From Candidatus Levyibacteriota bacterium (GTDB taxonomy: Bacteria > Patescibacteriota > Microgenomatia > Levybacterales > UBA12049): DNA of 63,150 nt. Under the pieces are notes generated by a model. It was not told where the DNA came from. It ran no database searches and saw nothing but the letters and a program-made list of their open reading frames with translations. The first letter of the stretch is position 1; each line of letters begins with the position of its first letter. The position numbers were made by a program, and so were the translations under genes. Positions 36,843 to 45,295 of this stretch are shown in pieces. The DNA lies in contig JBBDZP010000053.1 in assembly GCA_040900105.1 (NCBI GenBank), positions 3,726 through 66,875 on the forward strand, given 5' to 3'.

Positions 36843-38521
36843 GGTGACACTATTTTCATTGCCGCTTTACCATCTGGATAATGAACTACAGAATCATAGC
36901 TTATACTTTTCGGAAAATCTATTTCCCTTCCAACAAATAAAATATCCCTCTCCTGTTGATCCTGTTCCCAATTTATTGGCCTGAATTCAAATTTGCCAAA
37001 TGTATGATTTTCCCTAAATCCACCTGACGCATTAACACTTTGCTTCTGATAAAGATCGGGCGGATATTTTAGGTAAAAAAGAAAAAACATGTAGGATTGG
37101 TCCATGGGTGCTTCGTTTGAAACAACAATTTTTCTATAGTTCCCTTCCACTTTTTTTACTTCAGGGATTACCTTTTCGTATCCGTATTGCCATTCTCCGG
37201 CATTAAAATAGTTTTGTTGCACGAAGTACTGATTGAGGTAATATGTAAAATTAAATACAGCAAGTAACAAATAACAAATAGCAAATAGCTTCGCAATTCT
37301 TATACCTGATACCTGATACCTGATACCTGATACAAAACTTAGCGATGTAATTATGCCAATTGCCGTAAATATCTGGAAGGTAGGAAGAAAATTTAAAGTT
37401 CTTACTGCGTGAGGAACACCGCTTGTAATAGACGCTGGTACTGGGGTAAGCAGAAACCATGCAAATATAAAAATCTTAGTTTTCTTACTAAAGGGACCAA
37501 ATAAAAGCATATAAATACCTATTAGAAGAAGTGGTAATTCAAAAATGTATAGAAGGCCCATGCTTGGAGCATGATGACGGCTTATATCTCCTCTTGTAAA
37601 AAGCCAATTTAAATCAAAGTGGGATAAATAACCCGACACTACTTCTTTAGCAAAAAGAATGCGGCGGTTGTCCAAAACCATTCCCAAAACATCATGGTTC
37701 TCCACATCCACAAGTACCCTCTTGGTACTTTCGGACAAGAGTTGGGTGCTGTCTGAGAAAACGCTGACACCTTTTGCCCGCTGCAGCGAACTCCTATCTG
37801 TAAGGATGTGGAAAAACATGGGGGCAACTATAAGAGCGCCTAAAACTGCTGCTCCTAAAATATACTTTTTAGGTTTTGCTAAAATCTCCTTTCTATAGAT
37901 AGTAATAAGGGTGAGTATTACAAGTGGTACAAAAACCTTCTCACTTTGATAGACGTAGATAGATAGGCCCGCAAAGACCGCTGATAATATAAAAAACCAA
38001 GGTTTTTTTAAACCTTTCAGAAAAAACAGCATGGAAAAGACATTAAATGAAAGGCCTACGTTTGATTCAAAAGCTATCCTGCTAAATTGGATATGCCACG
38101 GGGAAATTGCCAGAAGGAAAGTAGCAAGAATTGGAATGTCTATAGTAAATCCTCTTGCTTCAAGCTTTAGATTTTTCTGCCCAAAAAGTTCCCTTAATAG
38201 AAAGTAAACTGCAATAACTGTAAGTGTTCCAAAAAGAGCAGACACGAATCTTACAGCAAAAACATTCATTCCAAAAACTGCAACTACCGGTATTGCAAGA
38301 TAGGAATAAAGCGCAGGTTTGTAGTCGTCAAAGGAGCGCATAACTATTGGCAGGAACTTTCCGTATTCATCCCGGCCTGTTTGCATTAGGGAATAAGCAT
38401 TGTATCCCAACGATACTTCATCCCAGTCTGGAGAGACAGGAACCTTCCCCAATTGCCAAAATCGCAGAATCCCCCCAATAAGTAAAATCGCAGATAGCAG
38501 AATAAAGGTCTTTTTTTTCAT
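36839..38521 (-). CDS. GT39/PMT_2-like GT-C membrane glycosyltransferase (tandem paralog 2)
   Basis: LRFWQLGKVPVSPDWDEVSLGYNAYS...DEYG, ISPWHIQFSRIAFE, VPHAVRTLNFLPTFQI and SYMFFLFYLKYPPDLYQ...FGKFEFRP. Contains two adjacent heptamer arrays. Confidence 0.75.
   Translation of the reverse strand: MKKKTFILLSAILLIGGILRFWQLGKVPVSPDWDEVSLGYNAYSLMQTGRDEYGKFLPIVMRSFDDYKPALYSYLAIPVVAVFGMNVFAVRFVSALFGTLTVIAVYFLLRELFGQKNLKLEARGFTIDIPILATFLLAISPWHIQFSRIAFESNVGLSFNVFSMLFFLKGLKKPWFFILSAVFAGLSIYVYQSEKVFVPLVILTLITIYRKEILAKPKKYILGAAVLGALIVAPMFFHILTDRSSLQRAKGVSVFSDSTQLLSESTKRVLVDVENHDVLGMVLDNRRILFAKEVVSGYLSHFDLNWLFTRGDISRHHAPSMGLLYIFELPLLLIGIYMLLFGPFSKKTKIFIFAWFLLTPVPASITSGVPHAVRTLNFLPTFQIFTAIGIITSLSFVSGIRYQVSGIRIAKLFAICYLLLAVFNFTYYLNQYFVQQNYFNAGEWQYGYEKVIPEVKKVEGNYRKIVVSNEAPMDQSYMFFLFYLKYPPDLYQKQSVNASGGFRENHTFGKFEFRPINWEQDQQERDILFVGREIDFPKSISYDSVVHYPDGKAAMKIVSP
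37261..37288. repeat. Degenerate heptanucleotide array (CAARTAR)x4, adjacent to the previous array
   Basis: caagtaa caaataa caaatag caaatag at 37261..37288. Coding strand is CTATTTG CTATTTG TTATTTG TTACTTG, encoding LFAICYLLL, part of a TM helix. Confidence 0.75.
37302..37333. repeat. Heptanucleotide tandem array (ATACCTG)x4.6 on the plus strand (coding strand GTATCAG), inside the GT39 gene
   Basis: Four perfect copies at 37302..37329 plus the partial copy atac. Encodes VSGIRYQVSGIR in a loop that is about 7 aa longer than in the neighbouring paralogs. Confidence 0.9.
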
Positions 38522-40155
38522 TATAAAGTATAAGCTTTTAACACCGTTTCTCCATTTAGCAAGAAGAAGCTTTTTACAATGCTTCCTTTAGGATGAACCG
38601 ATTTAGGAACATCTACGTAAAGAGTCCTGTCACTTTTGCTCTCAATCTCTGATAAATCCTTTGCAAATCTAAATTTGGAAAAACCATTGACCGAGACAAA
38701 ACCGAAAGCATCTCTTGAAATTTGAGCTGATTTTCTAAACTGCAGCGGGTTTGTTCTAGAATAGAAAAGATAATAAATATACGGTCTGCCTAGCTCTGTT
38801 GTAATATTTATTTGGTCATAGCTGTCTTGATGAGATAAAACATAATCTATTGACTCCTTATAACCATATTGCCATTCTCCGGAGAATTGTCTTGGATAAT
38901 GCGCCATATAACCATGGTAAAAGTACAAAAAGTTTCCAAATAGAAATAGTGCTAAAACTGCAGAAAATGCTCTGCCCCATTTCTTATTCCAAACCCACCC
39001 AAAAAGAACTGCAATTCCTACTGCGGAGATTATTTGAAAAGTAGGAAGGGCAGTTTCTATGCGCAATGCGTGCGGAGTTTCTCTTGCTGTTGCGGCAGGA
39101 ACTATTGCAATTAAAAGCCATAACGGAATAATCCACCAGTGCCCTTCTCTTTTTTTAAAAAGGAACAATAATCCGGCTACAAAAAATGGTAATTCCCAAA
39201 GATACATTTGTCCTACGTCTTGGGTTGAAAATTTTGGATTTCCATCTCCTTTAATAAAAAGGAATCCTGGGCTTAAATTATCCAAGTAATGACTCACGTA
39301 AGACACGGCATAAGCAAACCGTCTGTTGTGGATAATTTTTGACAATACAGTATTGCCGTCATTTTCTATTTCCTGATTTGCAGTATTTATAACTCCTATA
39401 TCGGAGAAGATGTTGACCTCCTTAAAACGCAGATTAGCCTGGGAAGACAATAGAAATTTAGATATAGGCAATATAAGCATAACACCCAGCAACAATGCCA
39501 GCGCCGCTTCTTTTTTTCGGTTTAATAACTCTTTTCTAAACGCAACAACAAGAGAAAGTACTAAAAGCGGGGAAACAATTCTCGCAGTATTAAATGTATA
39601 AAATGATAAAGCAAACGAAAGGGCTGACAACAGGAGGTACCATTTCTTACCTTGCACACCGGCAAGAAAACTAAAAACCCCAAAAACAATAAAGAAACTT
39701 GCTACGTTTGCTTCAAAAGCTGCTCTTGAAAGCATTATGTGCCAGGGGGAAATTGCCAGAAGAAAAGCACTAATCAATGCATACCTTTCTTTATTTGCAG
39801 ATTTAGGAAAGATCCTCTTTACTAAAAAGTAAGTTGTGATTACAGTTAAAACGCCAAAAAGTGCCGAAGGAAATCTCACCGCAAATTCGTTTAGTCCAAA
39901 TATTTTAACCGGCAAAATATCCAGATATGCATACACGGGAGGCTTAAAATCGCCGAAAGATTCAAGATAGTCATAGGGCAAAAACCTACCGAATTCGTCT
40001 CTTCCATCTATCCCCAAAGAGTGTGCATTATATCCCCAGGATGTTTCATCCCAAGTTAGAGCAGGGGGATTGTTGCCTAATTGATAGAATCTCAAGAACA
40101 GAGAAATAATAAGAATTAAAAAAAGCAACAGAGTTCTATTTTTAAGTATTTTCAT
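38521..40155 (-). CDS. GT39/PMT_2-like GT-C membrane glycosyltransferase (tandem paralog 3)
   Basis: LRFYQLGNNPPALTWDETSWGYNAHS...DEFG, ISPWHIMLSRAAFE and TPHALRIETALPTFQI. The track start (40158) is a TTG; the adjacent ATG is at 40155. TAATG overlap with the downstream paralog. Confidence 0.75.
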   Translation of the reverse strand: MKILKNRTLLLFLILIISLFLRFYQLGNNPPALTWDETSWGYNAHSLGIDGRDEFGRFLPYDYLESFGDFKPPVYAYLDILPVKIFGLNEFAVRFPSALFGVLTVITTYFLVKRIFPKSANKERYALISAFLLAISPWHIMLSRAAFEANVASFFIVFGVFSFLAGVQGKKWYLLLSALSFALSFYTFNTARIVSPLLVLSLVVAFRKELLNRKKEAALALLLGVMLILPISKFLLSSQANLRFKEVNIFSDIGVINTANQEIENDGNTVLSKIIHNRRFAYAVSYVSHYLDNLSPGFLFIKGDGNPKFSTQDVGQMYLWELPFFVAGLLFLFKKREGHWWIIPLWLLIAIVPAATARETPHALRIETALPTFQIISAVGIAVLFGWVWNKKWGRAFSAVLALFLFGNFLYFYHGYMAHYPRQFSGEWQYGYKESIDYVLSHQDSYDQINITTELGRPYIYYLFYSRTNPLQFRKSAQISRDAFGFVSVNGFSKFRFAKDLSEIESKSDRTLYVDVPKSVHPKGSIVKSFFLLNGETVLKAYTL

Positions 40156-40214
40156 CAAACAGACTTAAAGATATTATATCTAATTTAGTATATAATACAA
40201 ACCATATCATAGTA
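40156..40214. promoter_or_regulatory. Divergent intergenic region with candidate -10 boxes for both strands
   Basis: TATAAT at 40191..40196 lies 18 nt before the plus-strand ATG (40215). The palindrome AGATAT-T-ATATCT at 40169..40181 reads TATAAT on the minus strand, upstream of the GT39 operon start. No clear -35 or SD is seen. Confidence 0.35.
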
Positions 40215-41987
40215 ATGATAGTCCCATCCATTTTTAAAAAACATGGTTTCATTATCTCCTTCTTTATTGTTTTAATTTCTGCGCTTTCTTTTAGAATAAC
40301 GAATTTAAATTTAATAGAGTTTAAAAGCGATGAGGCTCTTAATATTTTTCTTGCGGCTCAGCCTATATTTGGACATTCATTTCTTCCCGGAGGAACAGTT
40401 TCAAGCTTGGGAGTACTAAACCCACCTATCTTCAACTATATTCTTTTTCCTGTCACCCTCTTGTCTTTGGATCCAAGAGTAATAACTTTATTTATGGCGC
40501 TTATGAACGTTGCAGGAATAATAGGTTTTTTTCTACTACTTAGAAAGTACTACGGCTTAGTGACAGCCACTGCTGCATCCTTACTTTTAAGCTTTTCACC
40601 ATGGGCAGTCTTGTATTCCCGAAAAATATGGATGCAAGATTTACTACTACCCTTCACGGTTCTAATGCTCTTTTCTGTCCATAAGCTAATTGTAGAAAAA
40701 AAAGACACATACTGGATTTTATATGCGGCCTCTTCCTTGATACTCATACAACTTCATCAATTGAGTGTGATTTTTGTTTTCATGATGACTGCTTTCATGT
40801 TAGCTAAGGTGAAATTAAACGTAAGATGCTTCACTTTAGGAATTTTGATCGGGCTACTTCCCCTTATTCCTTATATTATTTTTGAAATACAAAACAAGTG
40901 TCCCGACTGCTTTGCACTTCTTTCAAGCAGAACCAGACTAAATACAGGCTACTCTATAGAAGCATTTATGAGGCCTCTTCAGATAATGGGTGTTGGTGAC
41001 TTTCGCTACATTTTAGGAAATGACACCTTAACCTTTGCACAGAGGTTTCCGCTTGCGTACAAAGCCAGAGAATTTTTGTACCTGGAATATCTTCTTCTTC
41101 CTCTTGGACTGGCAATATTTATGACTAGATATAAAAAATTCTCTTTTTTGGGCTACGCGGTTTTGCTAACAATCTTTTCTTATTTTTTACTCAGGATTGA
41201 GTCATTCATGCACTACTATATAGTGCTTCTTCCGTTGCTTTTTCTTTTCCTGGCAACTGTTTTTTCCTTCTTTTTTAAAAGCAAGAATATTTTCTTAAGC
41301 ATTGGCTCTTTAGTACTACTAAGTATACTACTTTTAGCTTCCATAGCTTTTAACAAGTCGTTCTTTGACCTTTTAAAAACGACCGGAGGCACTAAGGGAG
41401 ACTATGGAGCAACATTTGCTTCCAAAGATAAAGACATAAAAGAAAGGCTTAAAAAATATGAGAACGATCCGCTCTTTGCGGAAAGAGCTTTATCAAGCTA
41501 CATTCCTCTCTCTTACATGTATGGATACGAACCCTTTGGAAAAATGCTTTATGGGAATGTATTTCCGGATGATATTACTATTCTTGAGAGCAAGCTTAAA
41601 AAAGACCCTCAGGATAAAATAGTTCAGTTTAAATTGCTTAATCTGCATACAAGAGGAGAAGAAACTGTTCAAACGCTTTATGTCCTTAGAATCAAGACCC
41701 AACAAATTCCTGAATACCTACCTATTTACAGAGAAGTATTCCAGCGTTATATGGCAAGAAATTTCAAAAAAGAATATTCCTCCTCAAGATTTACCTTCTT
41801 TTACCCCGAGCACTGGAACGCTAGGGAATTGGAAGATGGAAGTATAGTTTTGGGGAGTAACGAATATGAATTAACCATTAAAAACCTTGGCCTAAATAAT
41901 ATGGAGATAACCTGCGTTAAGCTAGCAGGAGAATGTGACAGCAGCAATATTTCAGAGATCAGAAATTCAATCAGACCTATTCAATAG
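40215..41987 (+). CDS. Polytopic membrane protein with GT-C-like layout (ArnT/PMT-like candidate) and soluble C-terminal domain
   Basis: 590 aa. First-loop acidic motif IEFKSDEALNIFLA, many TM segments, and about 200 aa of soluble C-terminus. It is the only large plus-strand gene in the 16.5-63 kb minus-strand run. Its 3' end overlaps the convergent GT39 gene by 21 nt. Confidence 0.5.
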   Translation: MIVPSIFKKHGFIISFFIVLISALSFRITNLNLIEFKSDEALNIFLAAQPIFGHSFLPGGTVSSLGVLNPPIFNYILFPVTLLSLDPRVITLFMALMNVAGIIGFFLLLRKYYGLVTATAASLLLSFSPWAVLYSRKIWMQDLLLPFTVLMLFSVHKLIVEKKDTYWILYAASSLILIQLHQLSVIFVFMMTAFMLAKVKLNVRCFTLGILIGLLPLIPYIIFEIQNKCPDCFALLSSRTRLNTGYSIEAFMRPLQIMGVGDFRYILGNDTLTFAQRFPLAYKAREFLYLEYLLLPLGLAIFMTRYKKFSFLGYAVLLTIFSYFLLRIESFMHYYIVLLPLLFLFLATVFSFFFKSKNIFLSIGSLVLLSILLLASIAFNKSFFDLLKTTGGTKGDYGATFASKDKDIKERLKKYENDPLFAERALSSYIPLSYMYGYEPFGKMLYGNVFPDDITILESKLKKDPQDKIVQFKLLNLHTRGEETVQTLYVLRIKTQQIPEYLPIYREVFQRYMARNFKKEYSSSRFTFFYPEHWNARELEDGSIVLGSNEYELTIKNLGLNNMEITCVKLAGECDSSNISEIRNSIRPIQ

Positions 41988-43643
41988 GTAAAATACTATA
42001 GAATTATCAGCGCGTTTTATTGTCTTAATAATTTTACTGTTTTGCGGAATGGGACAGTTGCCGCTGTTGACGTAGAGGATATTCTTTTCTCCCATTAAAA
42101 TTGGCCTATTAGTTTTTATTTCCGCTTTTAACGGACACTCTTCATCCGTAAAAACGTATTTTCCAAAACCAATACTGTCTGAGCGGCTCATATCAGCATT
42201 TCTTGTTTCATTTTGGAATTTCTGAGGTTCGTATTTTTCAAAGAATAGAAAAAATATAGTTGGAGCTGACTCCCTATTTGTGACTACAATGCTATTGTAG
42301 TTATCTGATACCGCCTTCACACTTGACACTAGCTGATTATACCCATCGCTTCTATACCATGGCCTATAAACAGGAGATTGTATGTGGTACTGAATCAAGT
42401 AGTAGGAAAAACTATAAACAATAACAAGGCTTATAAAAATTAAAAAGGGCTTCAAAAGAACGGGTTTTTTTGTTTTAAATACCAGCAATAAGGATAGCAA
42501 TCCATATGAAGACAGTATTGAGAAAGCAGGACTGGAAATTAGAGTCCTTTGGAGATTCGGAACATCGTCGAATGTTAAGGCGCTTCCTACGGGAACTAAG
42601 AGTATCCATGACAAAATCACAAGTCCTTCTCTCTTATCTTTCCGGAAAATATAAAATAAAGCAGATATTATAAGAAATAATTCGAAAATATATAATATTC
42701 CCATGTGGGGTATTCTATATCTGTCCGGGAAGCCTTTGTCTGAAAAAAGATACTCGAAGGAAAAATGTTTTGTGTAATTATCAAAAAAAATGCCTGAGTA
42801 ATTAACTACTTTATTATGGAAAACTCTCGTCAATACCCGAGGCAATCCCGCCTCTCCATCATTAGCAATCTCACTATTTATAACAAGCTGCGCTTCTGGA
42901 TGATTAAAGATGCTAAGCGTTCTAATTCTTAGAGAGATGTCGCTGGAAAAGACAACAAACAAAACAGGGCAAACAATAATAAAAGCATAGAGGAAAAAAA
43001 GTAGAATTCTCTTTTCTATGAGTTTTTTCTTGCCTAAAATGAGTAGAGCAGTAAAAGGAATAAAAACAGGAAGGAAAGCTCGCGGGGCCTGATAAATAGA
43101 TAACGTAACGCCAAACGACAAGAAAGAAAGGAACAACAGTAAATTTTTGCCTTTTCTTGCAAAGAGGAGCAATGGAAAAATACCAAGGACAATAAAAAAA
43201 GTAACAACTGTGTTTTCCGTAGCAGTTCTTGAAAGATTTATATGCCACGGAGAAATCGCAAGAAAAAAAGAACTGATGAGAGCAAGTTCATTTTTATATT
43301 TATTTTTATAAAAAAATTCTTTCACTAAGAAAAACAATGCAAAAATAGTTAAGAACCCAAAAAATGCTGAAGCAAATCTTACCGAAAATGAGCTTAGGTC
43401 AAATAATTTTATAAAGGGAATCGAAAAATAAGAATAGCCTGCAGGACTATAAAGGAAAGACTCCAGGTGGAAAGGAAAGACTTGGCCACTTATATCCTTG
43501 CCTGTTTCTAAAATAGAATAAGCATTATACCCTAAGAATGCTTCATCTCTATGTAAGGAGGATGGAACTTCTCCCAATGCCGCGAATCTAACAACAGCTC
43601 CAATAAGCAATATTATTCCAAGCAATGCTAAGTGTTTATTCAT
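41967..43643 (-). CDS. GT39/PMT_2-like GT-C membrane glycosyltransferase (paralog 4)
   Basis: VRFAALGEVPSSLHRDEAFLGYNAYS, ISPWHINLSRTATE, VPNLQRTLISSPAFSI and PTIFFLFFEKYEPQKFQ...FGKYVF. The track start (43655) is a TTG. The ATG at 43643 gives an ATGA overlap with the upstream stop. Confidence 0.75.
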   Translation of the reverse strand: MNKHLALLGIILLIGAVVRFAALGEVPSSLHRDEAFLGYNAYSILETGKDISGQVFPFHLESFLYSPAGYSYFSIPFIKLFDLSSFSVRFASAFFGFLTIFALFFLVKEFFYKNKYKNELALISSFFLAISPWHINLSRTATENTVVTFFIVLGIFPLLLFARKGKNLLLFLSFLSFGVTLSIYQAPRAFLPVFIPFTALLILGKKKLIEKRILLFFLYAFIIVCPVLFVVFSSDISLRIRTLSIFNHPEAQLVINSEIANDGEAGLPRVLTRVFHNKVVNYSGIFFDNYTKHFSFEYLFSDKGFPDRYRIPHMGILYIFELFLIISALFYIFRKDKREGLVILSWILLVPVGSALTFDDVPNLQRTLISSPAFSILSSYGLLSLLLVFKTKKPVLLKPFLIFISLVIVYSFSYYLIQYHIQSPVYRPWYRSDGYNQLVSSVKAVSDNYNSIVVTNRESAPTIFFLFFEKYEPQKFQNETRNADMSRSDSIGFGKYVFTDEECPLKAEIKTNRPILMGEKNILYVNSGNCPIPQNSKIIKTIKRADNSIVFYLLNRSD

Positions 43644-45295
43644 CTTTCCACCCAACTAAGTTTTTTGTAAAAGACTAAGCCAATTGTAACAAGTATAACT
43701 GCTGCAAGAGATAATATATCAGAAATAAATCTTATTGGTGATTCTTTAAATTCAACTTCTACAATTCTATTTCCTTTGGGAATATAAAAAGTTATTAGTC
43801 CACGGTGATTCATATCTTGAAATTCTATTGGTACTTTTTGTCCATCAACTTTAACCTGCCAACCAGGAAAATAAACAGTGTTGTCTAGAATTTGCGCATC
43901 TCTTTTGACATTGGCATTAAAAACGTGTCTCGTGGATGACCTTTCTAAATTTTCAATACTCACCTCTCCACCAATTATTTCAATTGGAGATTTTGAAGGC
44001 CGATCCTTATTAGAATCTGTCCATATGGAATTTGTTTGTCCATGAAAAGTAGTGTCTCCCGTGAAGTTTAGATAATGATCTTCATTAATTTTTCTGCGTT
44101 CTTTTGTCTCTGTAAACGGTGCGCTAATGTAAATCATCAGAGCTATAAAAGAGATTAATAACAATTTTCCTATATTCTTGCTTATCATTCTTCTAATAGG
44201 GTCTGTGTTTAAGATGTAAGCAGATATAAAAGATGCACATATTAATACTGCGGCATTTATTCTCCAGGGAAACTGCAGGTAAGGCAAAAAGGGTATTGTT
44301 TCCCAAAACGACTTTGACGCAGAAGTCATAAAAAAGATAGCCGCCGCAAAAACAATAAAAAAATAAAGTGCAAAAATATACCTTTTATTCTTCCACATAA
44401 AAACTAATGGAATAAAAGCAAGCAACGAAACTAGTTGTAAAGATCCAATCTGGGGAGACAGCCCTCCAGGCTTATTTACATCCGGCCCAAATCCCCACTG
44501 CGAATAAAGAAGCTGAGCTATGCTTGGGAAATGGTCAGCAAACATAGATCCAATTAAAATTTTTGCCTGTATGAATCTACTTTCCCAAAGGGCAGGAATC
44601 CAAAAAAATGCACTAAGCAGCAATCCAATGACAAAAAGTGAGATTCCATACACTAGATATCTCCTGTCCTTTAAGACAAAAAATGAGATCAGAAAGAAAA
44701 GAAACAATACGGGGCTGAAGATAAGTGCCAATCCGTTATGAGAAAGGATAAGCAATGCATAAAAAATTCCACCCAATGGGACATACATTTTATTTCCTTT
44801 TTTATAAAGCTTTGTCAATGCAAAAAGAACAAGAGGGACAAAAACTAGAGCCATCTCCTCCCCAATATCTCCCCTGACATACATATTTAAAAATCTGTAA
44901 GGAGCAAATCCGTAAACAAGAGCACCTATGAAAGCAGCCAATCTGTTTTTAAAGAATTCATTTAAAAATAAATACATAGATATATTTGCAGCTACAAAGG
45001 ATGCGGCGGTTATTATCTTAAAAGAATCAGACAAGCCTATCCCTAAAATGTACAAAGCAGCTCCCAAATATGAAGGCAGAGGGTACATAAATATTAGTAC
45101 CGGATGACCATATCCGAAATTTAAGTCACTTCCCCACCTAACAGGAAACTGTCCATCTATAATGGCTTTGTAATAAGCGGCAATACGGGCAATCTGAAGA
45201 TCTCCATCATGAGTTAAGAAAAGTCCATCATGGAGGAGCGGAAATAATCCAATGGTGCTTATTAGCAAAAGGATTAAAGGAAAAAGAAATTTCAT
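43640..45295 (-). CDS. PTPS-related/YfhO-like GT-C-type integral membrane protein (paralog 3 of 4)
   Basis: THDGDLQIARI, FPVRWGSDLNFGYGHPVLIFMYPLPSY, APYRFLNMYVRGDIGE, LQFPWRI and YFPGWQVKVDGQKV...GLITFYIPKGNRIV plus a final TM. Confidence 0.7.
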   Translation of the reverse strand: MKFLFPLILLLISTIGLFPLLHDGLFLTHDGDLQIARIAAYYKAIIDGQFPVRWGSDLNFGYGHPVLIFMYPLPSYLGAALYILGIGLSDSFKIITAASFVAANISMYLFLNEFFKNRLAAFIGALVYGFAPYRFLNMYVRGDIGEEMALVFVPLVLFALTKLYKKGNKMYVPLGGIFYALLILSHNGLALIFSPVLFLFFLISFFVLKDRRYLVYGISLFVIGLLLSAFFWIPALWESRFIQAKILIGSMFADHFPSIAQLLYSQWGFGPDVNKPGGLSPQIGSLQLVSLLAFIPLVFMWKNKRYIFALYFFIVFAAAIFFMTSASKSFWETIPFLPYLQFPWRINAAVLICASFISAYILNTDPIRRMISKNIGKLLLISFIALMIYISAPFTETKERRKINEDHYLNFTGDTTFHGQTNSIWTDSNKDRPSKSPIEIIGGEVSIENLERSSTRHVFNANVKRDAQILDNTVYFPGWQVKVDGQKVPIEFQDMNHRGLITFYIPKGNRIVEVEFKESPIRFISDILSLAAVILVTIGLVFYKKLSWVER

